DNA from: an uncultured bacterium
Lineage (GTDB): Bacteria > Patescibacteriota > Minisyncoccia > Phycocordibacterales > UBA6065
Reading direction: 5' to 3'
DNA: 64,000 bases
Assembly (NCBI GenBank): GCA_966243015.1
Contig: CBIMES010000001.1
Coordinates: 298,076-362,075, forward strand
The notes under the pieces are model-generated. The model saw only the letters and a program-made list of their open reading frames with translations. It was not told where the DNA came from and did not search any database. The stretch's first letter is position 1, and every line of letters starts with the position of its first letter. This document shows, in pieces, positions 57,498-64,000 of this stretch. A program made the translations under genes and the position numbers.

Positions 57498-58763
57498 CTA
57501 CTCTACCAAAAACGGCCTCTCGTCGCCATAGGTCTCGAGCGGCACCACGTCAAAGCAGTCCACGACGTGGTCAGCGTAGCGCCAGAGATGCTGAATCTCC
57601 TCGGATCCGACGAAGTCGCGCATCCTGCCGGCAAAGGCGTCAGAGAGAATGTTCGCGTAGGCGTCGCGGGTCCTCGGTATCTCGTTGACCTCGACACTTC
57701 CGTCACGCTCGGTCGTTACGATCTCCTGTCGCGGCTGGACGCTGACGCGAATGCTCTTGGGCACATCCGGCCTGTCCTTAAACACAACCTCCATGAACAC
57801 GTCAGGGCGAGGCATCCTCTTTCCGCCTTGAAGGGTCACGGGCACGCCCGCGAGCCTGCCGGACGCAAACGAGGTGATGACCTCGAAAGCAGTCTCGGTC
57901 TGAGAGCCCTCCCGCACGCCGGCCTCAGAGAGGTATCCCTCGTACTGGCCGCGACGCATGAGGTCGCACGTGTCCCGGGGGGCCGACAGCTTCGCAAGGG
58001 CGCTCGCCCGGGCGACCTGCCACATGTGACCTCTCGACTCAAGGGCCGTCGCCTCGGGTATGTCCGCGACGAGCACGGCGAGCATCTCGAGGACATGGTT
58101 CTGGCCCGTATCACGGAACGCGCCAACCTGCTCGTACGAGGCGCCCCGACCAAAGATACCGATACTCTCGAACATGGCGACGCGAATCGAGGCGACGTTC
58201 TCGGCCGTAAGGAGCTCGTCAAAGCCGGGAGTCCGCTCGTGAATGTCCATGAGGGCACGGAGCGCATCCTTGCCGAGGTAGTGGTCGATGCGGTACACCT
58301 GCTCCTCGTTGAGAAAATCGAAAAGGAGGTCATTGAGGGCGGCCGCGGACCCCTCGTCAGTGCCGAATGGCTTCTCAATAAGCAGTTTACCCTTGCCCTG
58401 CGAGATGACGAACTCCTCCTGAAGGTTCTCGATGACGGCCTTGTGCAACTGAGGCGCGAGCGAGAGATACACGATGGCCTCGCCCTCGACGCGCTCGGCA
58501 AGGTCGCCGTAGCCGCTGTGATCAGCGATATCCACCTGCGCGTACTCGACGCGGGAAAGGAAACCGGGATCATACGGCCTGAAACCCTGGATGAACGCGG
58601 CGAAATCGCCGTCACTCCAGTCTCGCCGGGAGACGGCGATGATCTTGGTCGGCATATGCGAGTCGCCCGAAAGGAAAAGGTCCTCGAGCGCGGGAAATAT
58701 CTTCTTTACGGCAAGGTCGCCGGTCGCGCCGAAGAGTATGAAAGTTGATGGATTCGAGTCCAT
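57498..58763 (-). CDS. zwf: Glucose-6-phosphate 1-dehydrogenase
   Basis: ILFGATGDLA, EKPFG and RIDHYLGK motifs. Confidence 0.9.
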   Translation of the reverse strand: MDSNPSTFILFGATGDLAVKKIFPALEDLFLSGDSHMPTKIIAVSRRDWSDGDFAAFIQGFRPYDPGFLSRVEYAQVDIADHSGYGDLAERVEGEAIVYLSLAPQLHKAVIENLQEEFVISQGKGKLLIEKPFGTDEGSAAALNDLLFDFLNEEQVYRIDHYLGKDALRALMDIHERTPGFDELLTAENVASIRVAMFESIGIFGRGASYEQVGAFRDTGQNHVLEMLAVLVADIPEATALESRGHMWQVARASALAKLSAPRDTCDLMRRGQYEGYLSEAGVREGSQTETAFEVITSFASGRLAGVPVTLQGGKRMPRPDVFMEVVFKDRPDVPKSIRVSVQPRQEIVTTERDGSVEVNEIPRTRDAYANILSDAFAGRMRDFVGSEEIQHLWRYADHVVDCFDVVPLETYGDERPFLVE

Positions 58764-58767
58764 GGAT

Positions 58768-59514
58768 TTAAAAAGAGTCGATATCGGTGAAGACGGCGGC
58801 CTTCTTCATCTCGTGCATGACGCGGGCGGGAGTCTCGTACACAGAACCGTCTGTGGCGAGAGCTCTCTTGAGCGCCGACTCCTTCGCCTTGCCCGAGGCA
58901 AAGAAGACGGCGACGTCGACACAGTCACGCATGAACGAGAGAGTCGTGGTGACGCGGGACGGGAACGTTCCCCTGTCGAGGGCCTCAAGCTCCTCGGCCC
59001 AACGCGCCCCCTGATAGCGCCCGTCGAACTCCTTGTCGGAATAGACGCCGGGGATGATTCCCGCAGTGTGCCCATCCTCGCCGATTCCATAGAGGCCGAT
59101 GACGATACCCTTGGGGAAGTCCTCGCGCCACTTCTTGAGCGCGGCGTCGTAGGAATCGCGAAGCTCGGCCGAGGTGCGACCAAGAAGCTCCGTCGGGATC
59201 GAGAAGGCGTCGTGCCTCACGAGCTTGTTCCAGAACGGGGTCGCCTGAAGCTGTGCGTAGTTGTTGATGTCGAGCTCGTCAGACACCCGCTCGTCAGTCA
59301 CGACCACGGTCATCTCCGAACTCAGGTTCTCCTCAGAGACGTGGTCGAGCACGCCGAGAGACGAACCGCCCGCCACGACAAAGAGCATCTCGGTTCCCGC
59401 GTACCTTTCGAAAAGGTCCGAGATCGCCTTACCGGCAGCCTCGCGCGGATTGTCGGAGACAATGACCTCGACGGCTCCGCGCGACCCGCCCTTGTGGTTC
59501 TGAGAGTCTTTCAT
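58768..59514 (-). CDS. pgl: 6-phosphogluconolactonase (NagB/Pgl family)
   Basis: Start trimmed to the ATG at 59514 so that it does not overlap the tRNA. Lies directly upstream of zwf. Confidence 0.75.
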   Translation of the reverse strand: MKDSQNHKGGSRGAVEVIVSDNPREAAGKAISDLFERYAGTEMLFVVAGGSSLGVLDHVSEENLSSEMTVVVTDERVSDELDINNYAQLQATPFWNKLVRHDAFSIPTELLGRTSAELRDSYDAALKKWREDFPKGIVIGLYGIGEDGHTAGIIPGVYSDKEFDGRYQGARWAEELEALDRGTFPSRVTTTLSFMRDCVDVAVFFASGKAKESALKRALATDGSVYETPARVMHEMKKAAVFTDIDSF

Positions 59515-59517
59515 GTG

Positions 59518-59590
59518 TGGACCATACCGGAATCGAACCGGTCGCCTCATCCATGCCATGGATGCGCTCTACCAAATGAGCTAATGGCCC
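59518..59590 (-). tRNA. tRNA-Ala (anticodon GGC)
   Basis: Manual fold gives a 7-bp acceptor stem with G3:U70, anticodon loop auGGCau and T-loop ttcgatt. CCA is not encoded. Confidence 0.8.
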
Positions 59591-59648
59591 GTGTTCCCAA
59601 GATCGGGATGCACATTAATGTAGCACAGCATCGGGGAAAAATACAAAA

Positions 59649-59674
59649 GGCCCGTTCGCGCAAGCGAACGGGCC
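59649..59674 (-). terminator. Hairpin (ggcccgttcgc gcaa gcgaacgggcc) with a T-run on the minus strand
   Basis: 11-bp perfect stem. Located between the D-paralog promoter region and tRNA-Ala(GGC). Confidence 0.35.
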
Positions 59675-59851
59675 GTATCAACCAACCAAAACAACTGACC
59701 AGGGTCCGAAACGGTAACCAGCCGTTAACCCTCTAGATAAATATTATACACCTAAATCGATAAAAAATCAATGACGCTTTTTATGAGAGCTTTATCACTG
59801 AAATGATACGTTTATGCCGCACGAAATTACAAACGATAGCAGAGAAAATAT

Positions 59852-60259
59852 ATGGCCCACGATACAGGACACACAATCACTATCGACACACTCAAGGAAA
59901 CCGTCGACGAAGCTTTCTCCAAGCTCTCGAGTGAAATATCATTCCAGGCTGAAGAGTCGAGACGGAGAGACGAGGAGCTGACCCGGTCGATTTCGAACCT
60001 TTCTAAAGAAATGAAAACTGGGTTTAATAAATTGGAAGAAAAGGACGAAAAACTCGCTGAAGCGATCTCGACTCTCTCCAAAGAGACGGCGGAAGGATTT
60101 GAAAAATCCAGACAAAAGGACGAGGAACTCGCACAGGCAATTCTCAACCTATCCAAGGAGATATCAGCCAGCTCCGAAAGATCGGAGCGAAGGGACCGGT
60201 CGCTTTCCGCGCAGATCCAGCACCTCGCGCTGACAAAGGCGGACGCGCAGCATGAGTAA
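59852..60259 (+). CDS. Small coiled-coil protein, paralog D (contains 3 x 25-aa repeats)
   Basis: C-terminal LSAQIQHLALTKADAQHE. Internal repeats DEELTRSISNLSKEMKTGFNKLEEK, DEKLAEAISTLSKETAEGFEKSRQK and DEELAQAILNLSKEISASSERSERR. Confidence 0.6.
   Translation: MAHDTGHTITIDTLKETVDEAFSKLSSEISFQAEESRRRDEELTRSISNLSKEMKTGFNKLEEKDEKLAEAISTLSKETAEGFEKSRQKDEELAQAILNLSKEISASSERSERRDRSLSAQIQHLALTKADAQHE
59969..60193 (+). repeat. Three imperfect 75-bp tandem repeats inside the paralog-D coding sequence
   Basis: gacgaggagctgacc... / gacgaaaaactcgct... / gacgaggaactcgca..., each 75 nt. Confidence 0.6.
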
Positions 60260-60260
60260 A

Positions 60261-60294
60261 AACAGAAAGAGAGGCTTTGGCCTCTCTTTCTGTT
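60261..60294. terminator. Bidirectional terminator between paralog D and tRNA-Ala(UGC)
   Basis: aacagaaagagaggc tttg gcctctctttctgtt; 14-15 bp stem. Confidence 0.5.
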
Positions 60295-60302
60295 ATCTTG
60301 GG

Positions 60303-60375
60303 TGGACCTGACAGGATTTGAACCTGCGACCTTCGCTTTGCAAAAGCGCTGCTCTACCAACTGAGCTACAGGCCC
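60303..60375 (-). tRNA. tRNA-Ala (anticodon UGC)
   Basis: gggcctgtagctcagttggtagagc... with anticodon loop ttTGCaa, G3:U70 and T-loop ttcaaat. Confidence 0.8.
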
Positions 60376-60461
60376 GTATACCGTTCTACGGGTCAGCACA
60401 TAATAAACCAAAAGGGCAAAAGTATCAACCCCTGCCCCGCCAAGACCTTTTTCTGGACAAT

Positions 60462-61451
60462 CTAGGCGTCCCGCCGGCCCAGAGAGTCCTTAATCACGTG
60501 ATCAAGGAACTCGGGCAGAGAGGAGCCGACGGCCGCGACAGACTTTGGGAACAGGGACTCCGAAGTGAGACCCGGCAGGGTGTTCACCTCGAGGAAGTAA
60601 ACCCCTCGCTTTGGGTGGACGATGAAGTCGGAGCGAGAGTAGTGCCTGAGACCCAGCTCCTCGTGAACGGCCAGAGTCGCCTCCTGTATGGCCCGCTTGG
60701 TCGCCTCATCGAAGTTGCCCGGGCAGATCTCGCGGGACTTGCCCGAATACTTTGCCTCGTAGTCAAAGAAAGGTGCCTCGTCGTGAGGGATAATCTCCAC
60801 CGGCAAAAGGGCGTAGCGGTCCTGGCCACGGAAGCCGTCTATGACGCCGCAGGTCGCCTCCCTTCCGTCGATGAACTCCTCTATCATCACCTCGTCGCCA
60901 TGCTCGAGGGCTTTCTCGAGGGCTTTCTCGAGGTCAAGAAACGAGTTCACCACGGTGATGCCGACCGACGAGCCTGTCGACAAAGGCTTCACGACTGACG
61001 GGTGGAATATCTCGCGGAAGATCGCGTGCGGCCCCTTCTCCTTTATTTCCTCGCGAGTAAAGATCCTGTGCGCAGCCATTTTTACCTTGTCCTTGATCTT
61101 GGCGAGCGCGCCCTTGGTCGCGTGCTTGTTCATGGACACGGCAGAGGCGAGGGCTCCCGAGCCAACGAACGGTACGCCGAGGCTCTCGAGCACCCTCTGT
61201 ACCTTACCATCCTCCCCGTACGGGCCGTGCAGGGCGATGAAGGCGACGTCAACGTTGCGAAGCGCCTCCTCGGGAGTCTTCTGAAGGCCAGCGACGTGCC
61301 ATGTCCCGTCCTGACCAACGAGAACGTCAATGCCCTCGTACATCGAAGGAAGCGCCTTCAATACCTCGCCTCCCGTTTTGAGTGAGACGTCGTACTCGCT
61401 TGATGGGCCGCCGCGGAGGACGGCTACGCGTGTCTTGTGCGCGAATGACAT
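60462..61451 (-). CDS. ddl: D-alanine--D-alanine ligase
   Basis: ATP-grasp Ddl pattern (..VAVLRGGPSSEYDVSLKTG.., ..EVNTLPGLT..). Confidence 0.9.
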   Translation of the reverse strand: MSFAHKTRVAVLRGGPSSEYDVSLKTGGEVLKALPSMYEGIDVLVGQDGTWHVAGLQKTPEEALRNVDVAFIALHGPYGEDGKVQRVLESLGVPFVGSGALASAVSMNKHATKGALAKIKDKVKMAAHRIFTREEIKEKGPHAIFREIFHPSVVKPLSTGSSVGITVVNSFLDLEKALEKALEHGDEVMIEEFIDGREATCGVIDGFRGQDRYALLPVEIIPHDEAPFFDYEAKYSGKSREICPGNFDEATKRAIQEATLAVHEELGLRHYSRSDFIVHPKRGVYFLEVNTLPGLTSESLFPKSVAAVGSSLPEFLDHVIKDSLGRRDA

Positions 61452-61493
61452 GCCGAAATTATACTACGAAAAGCCGCCCCGTGGCGGCCTTGG

Positions 61494-62762
61494 CTAGAGT
61501 TTCCCCCTGAGCGTGTTCTTGATGCGACGAAGCTTGCGATGATACGCGATCGCGAAACGGTGAGCCTCGACGTTGGCGAGGAGAACGGCCTTGCCGTGTT
61601 GCGCGACAAGCGCCGCGTCACCAAGGATTTCGCGCGCCTTGTGCCGGTCGTCCTTCACGATTGACACGACAGGCACATTGATACCCCTCTCGGCAAGCAG
61701 CGCCTCGGCGGCGTTCTTCTGGCCAACGCCTCCGTCGACGGCGATGAGGTCAGGCATGCGCCACTCGGGGTGCCTCAGGCGACGCTCGAGGATTTCGCGC
61801 AGGCTCGCCACGTCGTTGTTGCCAATGTCGGCAGAGAGCTTGAACTTGCGATACTCCGCCTTCGCCGCCTCGCCGTCGTGCACGACCGTCATGACGCCCA
61901 CGCTCTCCTTTCCGGACATATGGGCGACGTCATAGGCCTCGATGCGGAACTCAGCCGCGAGCGCGCCCAGAGACTGGCCGTCCGAAAGCGCCTCGGCGAA
62001 CGACTTCACGTCCTCCTTGATGAGGGCGATGTCCTGGATATGGTCGAGGGCGAACAGCTTTCGCTTCACGAGATCAGCCTTCTCAAACTCCCGGGCCTTG
62101 GCGTAGGCGCCCATCTCCCTCTCGAGCTCTCGCACGAGCTCCTTTTTCTTTCCCTCGAAAAACAAGGTGATGTGACGAACCGTGTTTGCGTAGTCGTGGC
62201 GGGCCTCGGCTGATGACACATCAGGGGTAAGACCAAGCTGCCGGTAGAACTGGTACTTGTCCTTGCCGAGCGAGCCCTTGTCGACGTACGGGAACATCTT
62301 GCGGATGATCTTGAGCGCCTCGCGCAACGCGGAGCCGTTCGGGAACGGGCCGAAGGTTTTCTTTACCTTGAGCTCTTTCTTGGCAAGCTCCACGTCGAGC
62401 GTCCTGCCACGGATAGTCATGATGCGCGGAAACTCCTCGTCGGTGATGACGACGTAGTTGAAGCTCTTGTCGTCCTTCTCCTGCACGTTGTAGTGCGGCC
62501 AGTGCTTCTTGATGAGGTTTGCCTCGGCAATCATGGCCTCGAGCACGGAGTCAGTCTCGGTCCACTCGAGTGAGTCCGCTTTGAACACCATGTCGACGAT
62601 GCGCGCGCCGCGCGTGGCGATAAGGTCAGACGCGAAATAGCTCCTCACCCGGTCGCGGAGCGAGGTTGCCTTGCCTATATACAGAATATCCTTCCCCTGC
62701 TTGAAGAAGTAGACGCCCGGATTCTCGGGAAGCTGGTATTTTGAGAGGTCGTCGACGGTCAT
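61494..62762 (-). CDS. uvrC: Excinuclease ABC subunit C, short form (GIY-YIG + UvrBC + RNase-H-like endonuclease domain; no C-terminal (HhH)2)
   Basis: GIY-YIG (PGVYFFKQGKDILYIGKA), C-terminal ..EAHRFAIAYHRKLR. 422 aa. Confidence 0.8.
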   Translation of the reverse strand: MTVDDLSKYQLPENPGVYFFKQGKDILYIGKATSLRDRVRSYFASDLIATRGARIVDMVFKADSLEWTETDSVLEAMIAEANLIKKHWPHYNVQEKDDKSFNYVVITDEEFPRIMTIRGRTLDVELAKKELKVKKTFGPFPNGSALREALKIIRKMFPYVDKGSLGKDKYQFYRQLGLTPDVSSAEARHDYANTVRHITLFFEGKKKELVRELEREMGAYAKAREFEKADLVKRKLFALDHIQDIALIKEDVKSFAEALSDGQSLGALAAEFRIEAYDVAHMSGKESVGVMTVVHDGEAAKAEYRKFKLSADIGNNDVASLREILERRLRHPEWRMPDLIAVDGGVGQKNAAEALLAERGINVPVVSIVKDDRHKAREILGDAALVAQHGKAVLLANVEAHRFAIAYHRKLRRIKNTLRGKL

Positions 62763-62861
62763 GCGTTTAATATTGAGTCTTCGGGTGACATAAGTAAAGC
62801 GAGGCGATTTGATTCGGGGAAAACAAAAGCCGTCGAAAAAATCGACGGCCCAACGAGACGC

Positions 62862-63233
62862 TCAGCGCGCGGGCATCTCGGAATGCATAAGCTCGGCCTC
62901 CTCGTAGAACGTTCCCTTGCGCAGGAAACGATGCTGGCCAAAGAGACTCAGTCCCTTGATGACTACCCCGTGATCCTTTTCGAATCGCTTGGCAGCGTCA
63001 AAGAAATAGTCACTCGGCTTGACCCCTCGGATCTTTGTCCCTGGTATGTTCTCGCACACCAGGCGACTCAGATAAGGGTTCACATACTTCGGAAGAAGCG
63101 CAAGTTTCTCGCAGGCCTCAAGGAAGTTTCGGCTCACCGTAAAACTTTCAAGGATTGACCGAAGGTAGAAAGCGATGAGAACGAGCGGAACGAGCGAGAG
63201 GAAGCTCGGTAGATTCGACACGAAGTAATTCAT
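62862..63233 (-). CDS. Hypothetical protein
   Basis: 123-aa ORF with a hydrophobic N-terminal segment. Confidence 0.4.
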   Translation of the reverse strand: MNYFVSNLPSFLSLVPLVLIAFYLRSILESFTVSRNFLEACEKLALLPKYVNPYLSRLVCENIPGTKIRGVKPSDYFFDAAKRFEKDHGVVIKGLSLFGQHRFLRKGTFYEEAELMHSEMPAR

Positions 63234-63391
63234 ATAAGGAACAAACAGGGTTGGAGTGGTTCATTTGCACTCTAGGACAAAAATATAGATTTGTAAAGAT
63301 AATAGGAGGTATTTGACATACAGAATTAAACAATGTACTCTTATGGACGGGAATTCCTCCCGATCCTCCAAAACCAAAATACCTGTTCGCT

Positions 63392-63709
63392 ATGATTCAG
63401 ACTCAGAATGGTCAGCGTGCACACAAGCGGACTCCCCTTCAAACGGGCGTCATCGTGTTCAACGGTAAGCGTGGTCAGGAAACGTTCAAGGCATCGAGCG
63501 AGCGCACCGCGCCGCTCGAGGTCCAGAAAAAACTCAGAATCGGCGGTTTTACGGATAGCCTCCTCAAAAAAGCGGGCGTCCTGTCCGTCAGCCTGGGAAC
63601 CAAGGTCCTCTACGACGCCGGAAAGCGCGGACACTCCAACAAACCCTTCGCCAGCGACAAGGTCCTCAAGCGTCACCGCCCGCAGCGTCCCGCCACGGCG
63701 AGCCGCTAA
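63392..63709 (+). CDS. Small basic hypothetical protein (105 aa), possibly RNA- or ribosome-associated
   Basis: C-ending codon bias that matches the backbone. A strong terminator lies immediately downstream. The opposite-strand ORF has weaker codon bias. Confidence 0.45.
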   Translation: MIQTQNGQRAHKRTPLQTGVIVFNGKRGQETFKASSERTAPLEVQKKLRIGGFTDSLLKKAGVLSVSLGTKVLYDAGKRGHSNKPFASDKVLKRHRPQRPATASR

Positions 63710-63735
63710 GGCCCGACAGCGTGTTTTAAAGCACA

Positions 63736-63761
63736 GGCCCCGACTCTATAGAGTCGGGGCC
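63736..63761 (+). terminator. Rho-independent terminator (ggccccgactc tata gagtcggggcc + TTTTC)
   Basis: 11-bp stem plus a T-run. Lies between the small plus gene and the convergent uvrA. Confidence 0.5.
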
Positions 63762-63769
63762 TTTTCATA

Positions 63770-64000
63770 TTATCTCCTTCCGAGCAGCTTCTTCAGATAC
63801 TTGCCCGTATGTGACTTGGCGTTCATGGCAACGTCCTCTGGGGTTCCCTTCGCCACGACATGTCCCCCGCCCTCGCCGCCCTCGGGACCCATGTCGATGA
63901 TGTAATCAGAGCACTTGATGAGGTCGAGGTTGTGCTCGATGACGATGACCGTGTTGCCGTGATCGACGAGCTTCTGGAGAATCTCGACGAGCTTGCGCAC
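63770..64000 (-). CDS. uvrA: Excinuclease ABC subunit A, C-terminal fragment (gene continues beyond the window end)
   Basis: ..[40 protein letters not shown].. is the canonical UvrA C-terminus. Confidence 0.85.
   Translation of the reverse strand: MRKLVEILQKLVDHGNTVIVIEHNLDLIKCSDYIIDMGPEGGEGGGHVVAKGTPEDVAMNAKSHTGKYLKKLLGRR

Noticed and set aside
57201-58748. 515-aa plus-strand ORF
   Set aside because: Antisense to zwf, which has EKPFG and RIDHYLGK motifs. Leu/Arg/His-rich junk composition.
59827-60411. 194-aa minus-strand ORF
   Set aside because: Runs straight through both tRNA-Ala genes and antisense to the repeat-containing paralog-D gene. An artefact.

Overview
This is a 64-kb, gene-dense, mostly minus-strand bacterial window with about 60% GC. 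The native high-GC backbone carries housekeeping genes: the grpE-dnaK-dnaJ heat-shock locus; a ribosomal/rpoA block (infA, rpmJ, rpsM, rpsK, rpsD, rpoA, rplQ, rplM, rpsI); alaS, leuS, mnmA, mltG, ychF, zwf-pgl, ddl, uvrC and uvrA; and two tRNA-Ala genes. Gene content, the short AlaRS, weak or absent SD motifs and the many small hypothetical or membrane proteins suggest a small-genome lineage, possibly Patescibacteria/CPR. That is an inference; no rRNA is present to check it.

The most striking feature is a low-GC island of about 8.5 kb (roughly 6.0-14.5 kb, about 32-57% GC in sampled 60-bp stretches against about 60% on the backbone). It holds a tightly packed minus-strand operon of six genes in order: an S66 LD-carboxypeptidase (MccF-like), a fold-III PLP decarboxylase, a SAM methyltransferase, two tandem dCTP-deaminase-family paralogs and a divergent LysRS-like class II synthetase. 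Two gene pairs in it overlap by ATGA. Next to it lies a monomeric PheRS-like synthetase with a mitochondrial-type C-terminal anticodon-binding domain. On the other flank a GNAT acetyltransferase, an ABC exporter and a stand-alone cyanophycin-synthetase-type ATP-grasp ligase sit together. This set is reminiscent of microcin-C-type aminoacyl-nucleotide tailoring and immunity genes (MccD, MccE, MccF) plus extra aaRS copies. A plain lysine or murein-peptide salvage reading (LdcA, LysA, LysRS) cannot be excluded.

Other notable items:
- LeuRS carries an inserted NUDIX-box domain of about 150 aa.
- Four dispersed paralogs of a small coiled-coil protein family share a C-terminal SAQIQHLALTKAD-like motif. 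One sits inside the grpE-dnaK operon, and one is flanked by the two tRNA-Ala genes and contains 3 x 75-bp tandem repeats.
- A 753-aa glycine-rich secreted protein has two tandem Ig-like repeats.
- An ATP-cone/PD-(D/E)xK nuclease lies next to a family-4 UDG.
- An acidic ORF is followed, after a single in-frame TGA, by a Cys-rich mini-ORF.
- Several palindromic or nested inverted-repeat elements were found.

No CRISPR array, rRNA, transposase or integrase was detected. All calls are from reading the sequence and the ORF translations; no database search was possible.
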